Assembly: GCF_963921235.1 (NCBI RefSeq)
Contig: NC_086097.1
Coordinates: 155,064,001 to 155,128,000 of the forward strand
Length of the DNA stretch: 64,000 nucleotides
From: Mobula hypostoma
Taxonomy: Eukaryota
Reading direction: 5' to 3'
The notes below the pieces were generated by a model that was given only the letters and a program-made list of their open reading frames with translations, ran no database searches and had not been told where the DNA came from. The position numbers and the translations under genes are program-made. Every line of letters begins with the position of its first letter. Position 1 is the first letter of the stretch. Below are positions 12,051-23,900 of the stretch, piece by piece.

Positions 12051-13093
12051 GCCTCCTCCAAAATGGCAGGGGAATTGGAACCGGAGTGATAGTACTGAAG
12101 ATGAGGTATTGATTCAAAAACAGAGGCAATGTACAGTGAGACTCCTAGCAAGGAGAGGCTGATGATTGGGCAAGATTAGAGTCAACAGGATGAGTTATAA
12201 CGTAAAAGGCAGACAAAATTAAAAAGGGTGCATACAGGACTGAAGATGTTATATTTGAATGTGCATTGTTATGGAATAAGATTGATGAACTTGGAACACA
12301 GTTGCAGATTGGCATGTATGATGTTGTAGACATCTCTGAATCATGGCTGGAAGAAAATCATACTGTAGCTGGGAGCTTAATGTCCAAGGATACACATTGT
12401 ACTGAAAGGACAAGCAAGAAGGCGGAGGGGGTGGTGTTGCTCTGCTGGAAAAAAATTAAATCAAATCATTGGACTAAGGGTTGGAAGGTGTTGAATCGCT
12501 GTGGATATAGCTAAGGAACTGAAAGGTTAAAAAGATCCAGATGGGAGTTATAGACAGACCCCCAAACAGTAGTAAGAACGTGGTCTACAAGTTTCAACAG
12601 GAGATAGAAGATGTATGCCGAAAGGACAACACTACAATAATCATGTGGATTTCAATGTGCAGCTAGATTGGGAAAATCAGGTTGGTGCTGAATTCTAAGA
12701 GGGAAAATTTCTAGAATGCTTGCAAGATGGTTTTTTAGAGCAGTTCATGGTTGAGCATACTGGAAGATAAATTATTCTGGATTGGGTGTTGTGCAATGAA
12801 TCAGAATTGTTTAGAGAGCTTAAGGTAAAAGAACCCTTAGGGTAAAGTGATCACAATATGATCAAATTCACCCTGAAATTTAAGAAGGAGAAGCTAGAGG
12901 CAGATGTATCAATAATACAGTGGAGTAAAGGGAATTACAGAGGCATGGTAGAGGAGTTGGCCAGAATTGATTGGGAAAGAACACTGGCAGAGATGACAGC
13001 AGAGAATCAACGGCTGGAATTTCTGGAAGCAATTTGAAAGACCCAGGATATATACATCCCAGAGAGAAAGAAGTATTCTGAAGGCAAGATGAC

Positions 13094-14403
13094 AGAATCA
13101 GAATCAGAATCAGGTTTATTATCACCAGCATGTAACGTGAATTTTGTTAACTTAGTAGCTGCAGTTCAATGCAATGCATAATATAGAAGAAAAAAATAAA
13201 ATAATAAAATACTTTAAGTTGTGCAAAAACAGAAATACTATATAATTAAAAAAAAGTGAGGTAGTGTCCAAGGGTTCATTATCCATTTAGGAATCAGATG
13301 TCAGAGGGAAAGAAGCTGTTCCTGAATCACAGGCTTCTGTACCTCCCACCTGATGGTAACAGTGAGAAAAGGGCATGCCCTGGGTTCTGGAGGTCCTTAA
13401 TAATGGACACTGCCTTTCTGAGACACTGCTTCTTGAAGAAGTCCTGGGTACATTGTAGGCCAGCACCCAAGATGGAGCTGACTAAATTTACAACCTTCTG
13501 CAGCTTCTTTCGGTCCTGTGCGGTAGTCCCCCATACCAGACAGTGATGTAGCCTGTCAGGAAACTCTTCATGCTATATCTATAGAAGTTTTTGAGTGTAT
13601 TTGTTGACATACCAAATCTCTTCAAACTCCTAATGAAGTATAGTCGCTGTCTTGTCTTCTTTATAACTGCATTGATATGTTGGGACCAGGTTAGACCCGC
13701 AGAGATCTTGACACCCAGGAACTTGAAACCGCTCACTCTCTCCACTTCTGATCCCTCTATGAGGATTGGTATGTGTTCTTATGTCTTACCTTTCCTGAAG
13801 TCCACAATCAGCTCTTTCGTCTTCCTGACGTTGAGTGCCAGATTGTTGCTGCGGCACCACTCCACTAGTTGGCATATCTCACTCCTGTATGCCCTCTCGT
13901 CACCACCTGAGATTCTACCAACAATGGTTGTATCATCATCAAATTTATAATTGGCATTTGAGCTATGCCTAGCCATACAGTCATGGGTATATGGAGAGTA
14001 GAGCAGTGGGCTTAGCACGCACCCCTGAGGTGCACCAGTGTTGATAATCAGCGAGGAGGAGATGTTATCACCAATCCGCACAGATTGTGGTCTTCTGGTT
14101 AGGAAGTTGAGGATCCAATTGCAGAAGGAGGTATGGAGGCACAGGTTCTGCAACTTCTCAATCAGGATTTTGGGAATGATGGTGTTAAATGCTGAGCTAT
14201 AGTCGATGAACAGCACCCTGACATAAGTATTTGAGTTGTCCAGGTGGTCTAAAACCGTGTGGAGAGCCATTGAGATTTCATCTGCCATTGACCTATTATG
14301 GTGATAGGCAAATTGCAATGGGTCCAGGTCCTTGCTGAGGCAGGAGTTCAGTCGAGTCCTGACCAACCTCTCAAAGCATTTCCACACTGTAGATGTGAAT
14401 GCT
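13094..14403 (-). mobile_element. Rex1/Babar-clade LINE, 5'-truncated
   Basis: ORF 13779..14417 RT: '[12 protein letters not shown]...[13 protein letters not shown]...[23 protein letters not shown]'. ORF 13488..13745 is the downstream region. (TTCTGA)n tail on the minus strand at about 13094-13112. Confidence 0.9.
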
Positions 14404-15545
14404 ACCATCGCTAACAAGAGAAGTCAAAACCAATATAAAAGTCAGAGGGCATATAATAGAGCAAAAATGAGTGGAAGTTGAAGGGTGGGGAAGCTTTTAA
14501 AAACCAACAGAAGGCAACTGAAAATGTCATTAAGAAGGTAAAGATGGAATACGAAAGAACACGAGCCAATAATATTAAAGAAGATACCAAAAGTTTCTTC
14601 AGATACATAAAGTGTAAAAAGGAGGCGAGAGTGGATGTTGGACCACTGGAAAATGATGCTGGAGAGGTAGTAATGGGGGAGGGACAAAGAAATGGTGGAA
14701 AAAATAATGAAGTATTTTGCATCAGTCTTCACTGAAAAAGACACTAGAAGTATGGTGGAAGTTCAAGGTGTCAAGGGTCATGAAGCATGTGAAGTTACCA
14801 GTACTAGAGAGAATGATCTTGGGAAACTGAAAGGTATGAAAGTAGACAAGACATCTGGATCAGATGTCCAGGGTTCTGGAAGAAGTGGCTGAAGAGATTG
14901 TGCAGTAATGATCTTTTTAGAATCACTAGAATCTGGAATAGTTCCAGAAGACTGGAAAATTGCAAACATCACTCCACTCTTCAAGAAGGGAGAGAGGTAG
15001 AAGAAAGGAAATTATAGGCCAGTTCGTCTGACCTCAGTGGTTGGGAAGATGTTGGAGTCAATTGTTAAGAATGTGATTTCATAGTATTTAGAGCCAGTTG
15101 ATAAAATATGCCATAGTCACCGTGGTTTCCTCAAGAGAAAATTTAGCCTGACAAAGTTAGATTTCTTTGAAGAAATAATAGTCAAAATAGGCAAAGGAGA
15201 ATTTGATGATCTTGTGTACTTGGGAATTTCAGAGCACATTTGACAAGGTGCCACACATGAGGCTGCTTAACAAGCTACCAGCCCATGGTATTACAGGAAA
15301 GATTCTAGCATTGGTAGAGCAGTAGTTGATTGTTTTGAGGAAGTAGAGGGGCTACAGAAGGACTTAGACAGATGACAAGAATGGGCAAAGAAGTGGCAGA
15401 TGGAATAGAGTGTCAGGAATATAGTCATGCAGCTTGGTAGAAGGAATAAAATGCATGACTACTTTCTAAATGGAGAGAAAATACAAAAATCTGAGGTGCA
15501 AAGGGACTTGGAAGAGTAGGATTCTTTGAAGGTTAATTTGCAGGT

Positions 15546-17010
15546 TTTTTTGAGGAAATTATAAAGCTAGACAAGGGAGATGCAGTGGATGTTGTATATT
15601 TGGATTTTCAGAAGGCCTTTGACAGGGTGCCGCGCATGAGGCTGCTGAACAATATAAGAGTCCATGGAATTACGGGAAAGTTACATACATGGATAGAGCA
15701 AACAACAGGAATTCTGCAGCTGCTGGAAATTCAAGCAACACACATAAAAGTTGCTGGTGAACGCAGCAGGCCAGGCAGCATCTCTAGGAAGAGGTGCAGT
15801 TGACGTTTCAGGCCTGATGAAGGGTCTTGGCCTGAAACGTCGACTGCATCTCTTCCTAGAGATGCTGCCTGGCCTTCTGCGTTCACCAGCAACTTTGATG
15901 TGTGATACGTGGATAGAGCATTGGTTGTTTGGCAGGAAACAGGGAATGGGAATAAAGGGAGCCTATTCTGACTGGCTGCTAGTTACCAGTGGTGTTCCAC
16001 AGGGGTCCGTGTTGGAGCCGCTTCTTTTCACGTTGTACATGAACGATTCAGATTATGGAATAGATGGCTTTGTGGCTAAGTTTGCTGATGATAAGAAGAT
16101 AGGTGGAGGGGCCGGTAGTGCTGAGAAAACAGAGAGTCTGCAGAGAGACTTGGATAGATTGGGAGAATGGGCAAAGAAGTGACAAATTAAATACAATGTT
16201 GGAAAGTGTATGGTTATGCACTTTGGTAGAAGAAATAAACGGGCAGACTATTATTTAAATGGGGAGAGAATTCAAAGTTCTGAGATGCAACGGAACTTGG
16301 GAGTCCTCGTGCAGGATACCCTCAAGGTTAACCTCCAGGTTGAGTCGGTGGTGAGGAATGTGAATGCAATGTTGGCATTCATTTCTAGAGGAATAGAGTA
16401 TAGGAGCAGGGATGTGATGTTGAGGCCCTATAAGGCCCTGGTGAGACCTCACTTGGAGTACTGTGGGCAGATTTGGACTCCTTATTTAAGAAAAGGATGT
16501 GCTGACGTTGGAGAGGGTTCAGAGAAGATTCACTAGAATGATTCCGGGAATGAGAGGGTTAACATATGAGAAACGTTTGACCGCTCTTGGACTGTACTCC
16601 TTGGAGTTTAGAAGAATGAGGGGGGACCTTACAGAAACATTTTGAATTTTGAAAGGCATGGACAGAGTGGATGTGGCAAAGTTGTTTCCCATGACGGGGG
16701 AGTCTAGAACGAGAGGGCATGACTTAAGGATTGAAGGGCGCCCATTCAGAACAGAGATGTGATGAAATTTTTTTAACCAGAGGGTGGTGAATCTGTGGAA
16801 TTTGTTGCCACGGGCGGCAGTGGAGGCCAAGTCATTGGGTGTATTTAAGGCAGAGATTGATAGGTATCTGAGTAGCCAGGGCATCAAAGGTTATGGTGAG
16901 AAGGCGGGGGAGTCGGACTAAATGGGAGAATGGATCAGCTCATGATAAAATGGTGGAGCAGACTCGATGGGCCAAATGGCCGACCTCTGCTCCTTTATCT
17001 TATGGTCTTA
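15546..17010 (+). mobile_element. Younger 5'-truncated CR1 LINE
   Basis: DVVYLDFQKAFDRV, SGVPQGSVLEP, KFADDKK and VRPHLEYC motifs. 3' tail TCTTATGGTCTTAT. Confidence 0.9.
15701..15904 (+). mobile_element. 204-bp Penelope-derived hairpin mini-element with a central hammerhead core
   Basis: Inverted arms of about 75 bp (about 15740-15814 and 15829-15904) surround CTGATGAAGGGTCTTGGCCTGAAACGTCGAC. 16-bp TSD ATAC(A/G)TGGATAGAGCA at 15685-15700 and 15905-15920. Confidence 0.9.
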
Positions 17011-17401
17011 TGGAGTCTGTGGTAAGGAAGGCAAATGTGATGTTAGCATTCATTTCAAGAGGACTAGAGTACAACAGCAAGGATTAAATATTAATGTTTT
17101 ATAATGCACTGTTCACTTGGAGTATTGTGAGCAGTATTAGGCCCTTTATCTTAGAAAGGATGCGCTGAAACGGGAGAGGGTTCAAAGCAGGTTCACAAAA
17201 ATAATTCCAGGATTGAATGTCTTGTCAAATGAAGAGAGTTTCATGCTCTGGACTTGTACTCACTGGAATTCAGAAGAATGAGATGTAATCTAATTGAAAT
17301 CTAACAAATGATGAAAGGCTTTGATAGAGCGGATGTGGAGAGGATGTTTCCTATGGTGGTTGTGTCTAAGACCAATGGACACAACCTCAGAATAGAGGGG
17401 C

Positions 17402-17686
17402 TGTAGCAGTGTGCTACACACAGCGCTAGAATAACCACACGGAGTCGGTGAGTTGGTGTTGCAATGAAAGAGATTTATTCAAACTTCGCGGCCTGCTTTA
17501 AAGCCTTCCCGTTCCCGCCCTCCCTGGGCGGGACTGCTATGGAGAATGCATATTCCCAGACCCTTTCCGTGCGCAAGATTTTCCCCCTGCTGGTGAAGAT
17601 GACCTGGCGCCCTTTTTGGGACCGGCCCTCTACCTGCGCGCGCTGTTGTGAGCCGGTTCGTGTGTGCTAGAAAGTGGGTCGCCACA
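17402..17686 (-). repeat. 3' LTR of the Gypsy element
   Basis: Direct repeat of 21457-21740; AATAAA on the minus strand (TTTATT near 17473). Confidence 0.95.
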
Positions 17687-19487
17687 TAACCCCCCCCCAC
17701 CAGAACCGGCGATACCTCCCCCCAATGTCCACAGTCTGGATCGGCCTCTGTTTGGGAGGTCTGCCCCTGCGCCGCGGTGCCTGAGCCTGGACCGGCTGTG
17801 CCAAGTCCACATGGGCCGGTTTGAGTCGGTCCACCGTGAAAACCTCCTCTCTCCCCCCAGTGTCCAGCACGAACGTGGACCCATTGTTCCTGATCACCTT
17901 GAACGGCCCCTCGTAGGGCCGCTGTAGCGGTGCCCGATGTCCGCCCCGTCGTACAAAAAGAAACTTACAGTTCTGCAGGTCTTTGGGTACGCAGGTCGGG
18001 CTCTGTCCGTGCTGTGAAGTGGGTATGGGGGCCAGGTTACCGAGCCTCTCCCGTAGTCTGTCCAGGACTGCTGCGGGTTCTTCCTCTTGCCCCCTTGGGG
18101 CTGGTATGAACTCTCCTGGGACGACCAGGGGTGCGCCATACACCAACTCAGCCGACGAGGTGTGCAGATCCTCTTTGGGCGCCGTGTGGATTCCGAGCAG
18201 GACCCAGGGAAGTTTGTCCACACATTTAGGCCCTTCCAGGCGGGCCATGAGAGCCGACTTCAGGTGACGGTGGAAACGCTCCACTAGTCCGTTCAACTGT
18301 GGGTGGTAGGCAGTTGTGTGGTGTAGCTGTCTTCCTAAAAGGCTGGCCATACCTGACCACAGGCTGGAGGTGAACTGGGCGCCCCTGTCGGAGGTAATGT
18401 GGGCTGGTACCCCGAAGCGGGCTACCCAGGTTGCGATCAGTGCTCGGGCACAGGATTCGGAGGTGGTGTCGGTGAGCGGGACTGTCTCTGGCCATCTGGT
18501 GAACCGGTCCATCATAGTTAGGAGATACCGTGCTCCTCTCGACACTGGCAGGGGCCCCACAATATCCACATGAATGTGGTCGAACCTCCGGCGAGTGGGT
18601 TCGAACTGCTGCGGCGGAGCCTTGGTGTGCCGCTGCACCTTGGCCGTTTGGCACTGCATGCACGTTTTGGCCCATTCACTGACCTGTTTACGAAGACCAT
18701 GCCACACGGATCTGTTGGAGACCAGCCGGACGGTTCTCCTGATGGAGGGGTGCGCTAAGTTGTGAATGGATTCGAAAACCCGCCGGCGCCAGGCTGCTGG
18801 GACGACAGGGCGGGGTTGGCCGGTAGCTACGTCACATAGTACGGTCCTCTCACCTGGGCCTACGGGGAGGTCTTGGAGCTGTAAACCGGAGACTGCAGTC
18901 CTATAACTGTGGATCTCAGCGTCTGCCTGCTGTGCCTCTGCCAGCGCTGCATAGTCCACCCCCTGGGACAGGGCCTGTATGGTAGGTCTGGATAGTGCGT
19001 CCGCCACGACGTTGTCCTTTCCCGAGACATGCCGGATGTCCGTTATGTACTCGGAGATGTGGGACAGGTGTCGCTGCTGGCAGGACGACCAGGGGTCAGA
19101 CACCTTCATGAACGCAAAGGTAAGCGGTTTGTGGTCTGTGAACGCGGTGAAGGGCCTACCTTCTAAGAAGAACCTGAAATGCCAGATTGCCAGGTATAGT
19201 GCCAATAGCTCCCGGTCGAGAGCACTGTATTTGAGTTCGGGTGGTCGTAGGTGTTTGCTGAAGAACGCCAGGGGTTGCCAGCGGCCCTCGATGAGTTGTT
19301 CCAGCACTCCACTGACAGCTGTGTTGGATGCGTCCACCGTGAGGGCATTAGGAACGTCCGTTCTGGGGTGCACTAGCATTGCGGCGTTTGCCAAGGCCTC
19401 TTTGGTTTTAACGAAGGCGGCTGCGGCCTCTTCATCCCAGATAATGTCCTTGCCCTTACCCGACATTAGAGTGAACAGGGGCCGCAT
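17667..19487 (-). pseudogene. Gypsy pol C-terminus: RNase H and integrase (606-aa open frame)
   Basis: TVDASN, YSALDRELLA and FTDHKPL (RNase H). HNLAHP...CMQCQ zinc finger. HVDIVGP, ITSDRGAQF and NGLVERFHR (DDE). RPYEGPFKV (GPY/F motif). Confidence 0.95.
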
Positions 19488-19490
19488 GGT

Positions 19491-20690
19491 TCAGGCTGCT
19501 GAGGGGAGGAAACGATGGTAGAAATTCACCATACCCACAAATTCCTGCAGGCCTTTGATTGTGTTGGGTCGGGGGAAGTTGCGAACCATGTCTACCTTGG
19601 CGGGCAGCGGGGTTGCCCCGTCTTTAGTAATCCTGTGACCCAGGAAGTCGATGGTATCGAGTCCAAACTGGCATTTGGCTGGGTTGATTGTAAGGCCAAA
19701 TTCGCTCAGGTGGGAGTAGAGCTGGCGGAGGTGGGACAGATGCTCCTGCCGACTACTGCTGGCTATGAGGATGTCATCCAAACAGATGAATGCAAAGTCC
19801 AGGTCGCATCCCACCGCGTCGATTAGCTGCTGGAAAGTCTGTGCGGCGTTCTTTAGACCAAACGGCATTCGGAGGAATTCGAAAAGTCCGAACGGGGTGA
19901 TAAGTGCTGTTTTGGGGATGTCGTCCAGATGTACCGGGATTTGATGGTATCCCCGGACGAGGTCTACCTTGGAAAAGATCCTTGTGCCGTGTAGGTTTGC
20001 TGCAAAGTCTTGAATGTGCGGCACAGGGTAGCGGTCTGGCGTTGTAGCCTCGTTCAGTCTGCGGTAGTCACCGCATGGTCTCTAGCCCCCCGTTGCCTTG
20101 GGCACCATGTGTAGGGGGGAGGTCCATGGGCTGTCGGGCCGTCGTATGATCCCCAATTCCTCCATTTTCTTGAACTCCTCCTTCGCCAGTCGGAGCTTGT
20201 CCGGGGGAAGCCTTCGAGCACGGGCGTGGAGGGTGGTCCCTGGGTCGGGATGTGGTGCTGTACTCCGTGTCTGGGCATGGCTGCTGTGAACTGTGGTGTC
20301 AGTACTGATGGGAAATCCGCCAGGACCCTGGTGAATTCATCGTTGGACAGCGTGATGGAGTCCAGGTGTGGGGCTGGCAATTTCGCTTCACCCAGGGAGA
20401 ACGTTTGAAAAGTCTTGGCGTGGACTAGTCGCTTCCCTTGCAGGTCGACCAGCAGGCTGTGGGCTCGCAGAAAATCCGCCCCCAGGAGTGGTTGGGCCGC
20501 AGCAGCCAGTGTGAAGTCCTACGTGAACCGGTTGGAGCTAAACTGTAGCCGCACCATGTGGGTGCTGTAGGTTCGTATTGTGCTGCCATTTGCGGCCCTC
20601 AGGGTGGGTCCGGGTTCTCTGTTGTGGGTGTCGCAACTCGTTGGAGGTAAAACGCTGATCTCCGCTCCGGTGTCGACCAAAAATCAGCGA
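19491..20690 (-). pseudogene. Gypsy protease and reverse transcriptase, frameshifted
   Basis: FLVDTGAEISVLP near 20650-20685. ORF 19491..20024 '[13 protein letters not shown]...[13 protein letters not shown]...CLDDIL'. Confidence 0.93.
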
Positions 20691-21427
20691 CCCGACTGCT
20701 TGCCCCAGATGTACAGGAGGCTGTCCTGATGGCCAGCCGCTGTAGCGATCGGCGCCGGCTGGGCCTTAGCGTTTCCCGGGAATTTGCAGGGTGGTCTACA
20801 GCGGCGGGCCTCTGTGCCCCACCGCTGGTGGTAGAAGCACCATTGTTCGTTGGGCTCTGCTGCCGGGCCTGGTCTGGTCTGTCGTTGGGCACGCGGCTTG
20901 GTGATCTGTGCGACGGACACCCCTCTCTCCTTCTTGGCATTCCACAACACATCTGCTCGGGCCGCCACCTCCCGGAGGTCGCTGAAATCTGTGTCGGACA
21001 GCAGCAGGCATATGTCCTCGGGCAGTTGCTCTAGGAACGCCTGCTCAAACATGAGGCAGGATTTGTGTCCTTCAGCCAGGGCCAGCATCTCGTTCATTAA
21101 TGCTGACGGCGGCCTGTCTCCCAAACCATCCGGGTGTATTAAGCGGCGTGCTCGTTTGCGCCGTGAGAGTCCGAAAGTCCTTATGAGCAGGGCTTTGAAT
21201 GCTGTGTATTTGCTGTTCTCCGGGGGTGACTGCATAAACTCCTCAACTTGTGCAGCAGTCTCTTGGTCGAGAGAGCTCAGCACGTAGTAGTAGCGAGTGG
21301 ACTCCGAGGTTATCTGCCGAATGTGGAATTGTGCTTTTGCCTGTTCCAACCACAGACGGGGTCTCAGCGGCCAAAAGCTTGTCAGTTGTAACGAAACTGC
21401 GTGAACAGATGTGGCTCTCTGGCCCAA
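20684..21427 (-). pseudogene. Gypsy gag-like ORF
   Basis: N-terminal 'SFWPLRPRLWLEQAKAQF' and C-terminal 'CFYHQRWGTEARRCRPPC' Cys/His motif. Confidence 0.85.
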
Positions 21428-21456
21428 ATATCGTTTGGGCCGTCAGGTTCACTAAA

Positions 21457-21740
21457 TGTAGCGGTGTGCTACACACAGCGCTAGAATAACCACACGGAGT
21501 CGGTGAGTTGGAGTTGCGATGAAAGAGATTTATTCCAACTTCGCGGTCTGCTTTAAAGCCTTCCCGTTCCCGCCCTCCCTGGGTGGGACTGCTGTGGGGA
21601 ATGCATATTCCCAGACCCTTTCCGCGCGCGGGATTTTCCCCTGCTGGTGAAGATGGCCTGGCGCCCCTTTTGGGGCCAGCCCTCTGCCTGCACACGCTGT
21701 TGTGAGCCGGTTCGTGTGTGCTAGAAAGTGGGTCGCCACA
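21457..21740 (-). repeat. 5' LTR of the Gypsy element
   Basis: Direct repeat of 17402-17686. Confidence 0.95.
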
Positions 21741-22319
21741 GGGCATCCTTTTAGAATAGAGATGAGGAGGAATTTCTTTTGCCAGAGAGTGGTAACTCTG
21801 TGGAATTTGTTGCTGCGGGCAGCTGTGGTGGCCAAATCTTTATGTATATTTTAAAGCAGAGGTCAATAGATTCTTGATTGGTCAGGGCATGAAGGGATAC
21901 AGGGGAAAGGCAGGAGACTGGGGGCTGAGAGGAAAATTGGATCAGCCATGATGAAATGGTGAAATAGACTTGATTAGTCAAATGGCCTAATTCTGCTCCT
22001 ATATCTTAAAAAATTGCTATTTCACTTATGTTCACATTCATTTTATCAGTTGAATTAGCCAATAAATGAGAGTTGCTTTTTCAAAGTTCAAAGTAAATTT
22101 ATCATCAAAGTATGTATATATCACCATATGCATATATCACCATACCAACTGTGAGATTCATTCATTTTACAAGCTCTGGGTCTAACTCTCAGCTCCCAGC
22201 TCCTGTAGAAGTAAAGATAACTTCAGAATATTATACTTCTTCCTTGACTTCTGGGATATGTACTGCGATTTAGCTTTACTGGATACCCATCCTAAGCTAT
22301 GTTCTTCACATCTCTACCA

Positions 22320-23125
22320 GTGGCAGTGTTCCGCAGGGCTTGCTGTTTTCAAGCTGCGTATATGTTAGTGACCTGCATGCTAGAATTGATGGCTCCGTGG
22401 GCAAGTTTGTAGATGTTACAAAGGAATGTAGAAGGACAGGTGGTGTTGACGAAACAGGGAGTTTTCAGAAGGACTTCGACAAATGAGAATGGGTAAAGGA
22501 GTGGCAGGTGAAAGTATATGGCCATGCATTTGGCAAAAAGAATAAAGGAGCAGACCATTTTTTAAACAGGCAAAATATTCAGAAATCAGGAGTGCAAACG
22601 GACTTGAGAGTTCCTGTGCAGGATTTCTGAAAGATAAACTTGCAGGTTGAGTTGGTGGTAGAAAAGACAAATGCAATGTTAGCATTCATTTCAAGAAGAC
22701 TAGAATATAAAAGCAAAGATGTAACGCTGAAGCTTTATAAGGCGTTGATCAGATTGAACTCGGAGTATTGTGAGCTGCTTTGGGCAACTTGTTAAAGAAA
22801 GGATGAGCAGGCTTTCTAGATAGTGCAGAGGAGGTTCACGAGAATAATCATGGGAATGAAGGAGTTAATGTATGATGTAGGAACTTCTTTACTCAGAGAG
22901 TGGTAGCTGTGTGGAACGAGCTTCCAGCAGAAGTGGTTGAGGCAGGTTCGATGTTGTCGTTTAAAGTTAAATTGGATAGATATATGGACAGGAAAGGAAT
23001 ATGGAGGGTTATAGGCTGACTGCAGGTTGGTGGGACTAGGTGAGAGCAAGAGTTCGGCACGGACTAGAAGGGCCGAGATGGCCTGTTTCCGTGCTATAAT
23101 TGTTATATGGTTTTATGGTTATATG
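22320..23125 (+). mobile_element. CR1 3' fragments (two adjacent copies)
   Basis: Degenerate GSVPQG/KF-D region, a CR1-type 3' UTR, and a (TATGGTT)-type tail at about 23105-23125. Confidence 0.75.
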
Positions 23126-23127
23126 TT

Positions 23128-23490
23128 AGGTGGTGGGGTATGTCTCTACCGAAGAAAGCATATGATGCTCCTTCCCTCTGCTAGCCTGCAGGTCACCCTT
23201 GGGAAAGGTGTAGCACCTACTTAGCCAGCCCCTCCCCCCCCAGCTCAGTGTCACGTGAAGGTATAGTGGATGGTCATATGAACAGCTGGTGCATATCACA
23301 AGTCTTGGTTATGCAACCACTGATGCCAGGAAGACAATCTCTGATGCGTATTGAGAGTATCGATAATGACTGAAATCACCCATCTTCTAAAGACAATGCC
23401 CAGAAGAGGCAGAAACATTTGCCAAGAATAATCATGGTCATGCAAAAACGTTGGTTGCCCACATCATATGACACTGCATATAATGAACGG
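23128..23490 (+). mobile_element. Short non-coding interspersed element (SINE-like, possibly RTE-related ends)
   Basis: Discrete ~360-bp non-CR1 segment between CR1 fragments, ending in ...CATATAATGAACG. No ORF. Confidence 0.4.
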
Positions 23491-23509
23491 ACAAATATCT
23501 GATGGCTTT

Positions 23510-23900
23510 TACTGGAATTTAGAAGAATGAAGGGGTATCTCATTGAAATCTATCGAATATTGAATGGCCTAGAGAGAGTCGCTATACAGAGGATATTTCC
23601 AGTAGTGGGAAAGTCTAAGAACAGAGGGCACAGCCTCAGTATACAGACATCTCTTTAGAATAGAAAAGAGGAGGAATTTATTAGCTAGAAGGCGTTGAAT
23701 CTGTGGATTTCATTGCCACAGATGGTTGTGGAGGCTATGTTAACGGGTACATTTAAAGTGGATGTTTATAAGTTCTCAATTAGTAAGGATGTCAAGGGTT
23801 ATGGGGAGAAGACAAGAGAATGGAGCTGATAGGGAAAATAAATCAGCTGAGTAGCATAGCAGACACAATGAGAGGACTGGTCTAATTCTCTTCCTTTGTC
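23510..23900 (+). mobile_element. CR1 3' end whose tail is completed at 33150-33160
   Basis: CR1 3' UTR ends TTCCTTTGTC at 23900; the expected continuation TTATGGTCTTA occurs at 33150. Confidence 0.7.

Larger units (their letters stand above)
17402..21740 (-). mobile_element. Near-complete Ty3/Gypsy LTR retrotransposon
   Basis: Two ~285-bp LTRs (17402-17686 and 21457-21740) with TG...CA ends. 4-bp TSD GGGC. Polypurine tract (G-run) at about 17690-17700 on the minus strand. Degenerate PBS TAGTGAACCTGAC after the 5' LTR, resembling TGGTGACCCCGAC (tRNA-Trp type). Domain order gag-PR-RT-RNaseH-IN. Confidence 0.97.
12060..22010 (+). mobile_element. CR1 LINE ORF2 and 3' end, hosting nested Rex1 (13094-14403), a second CR1 (15546-17010) and the Gypsy element (17402-21740)
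   Basis: Endonuclease remnants at 12240-12900 and RT remnants at 14410-15545. CR1 sequence rejoins across each insertion, e.g. TTGCAGGTT|GAGTCTGTGG and AGAGGGGC|ATCCTTTTAG. Confidence 0.85.

Noticed and set aside
17630..21746. Many overlapping and antisense ORFs in the Gypsy element, possible env or accessory gene
   Set aside because: They are explained by high GC content. The integrase frame runs to the PPT and LTR, leaving no room for env.
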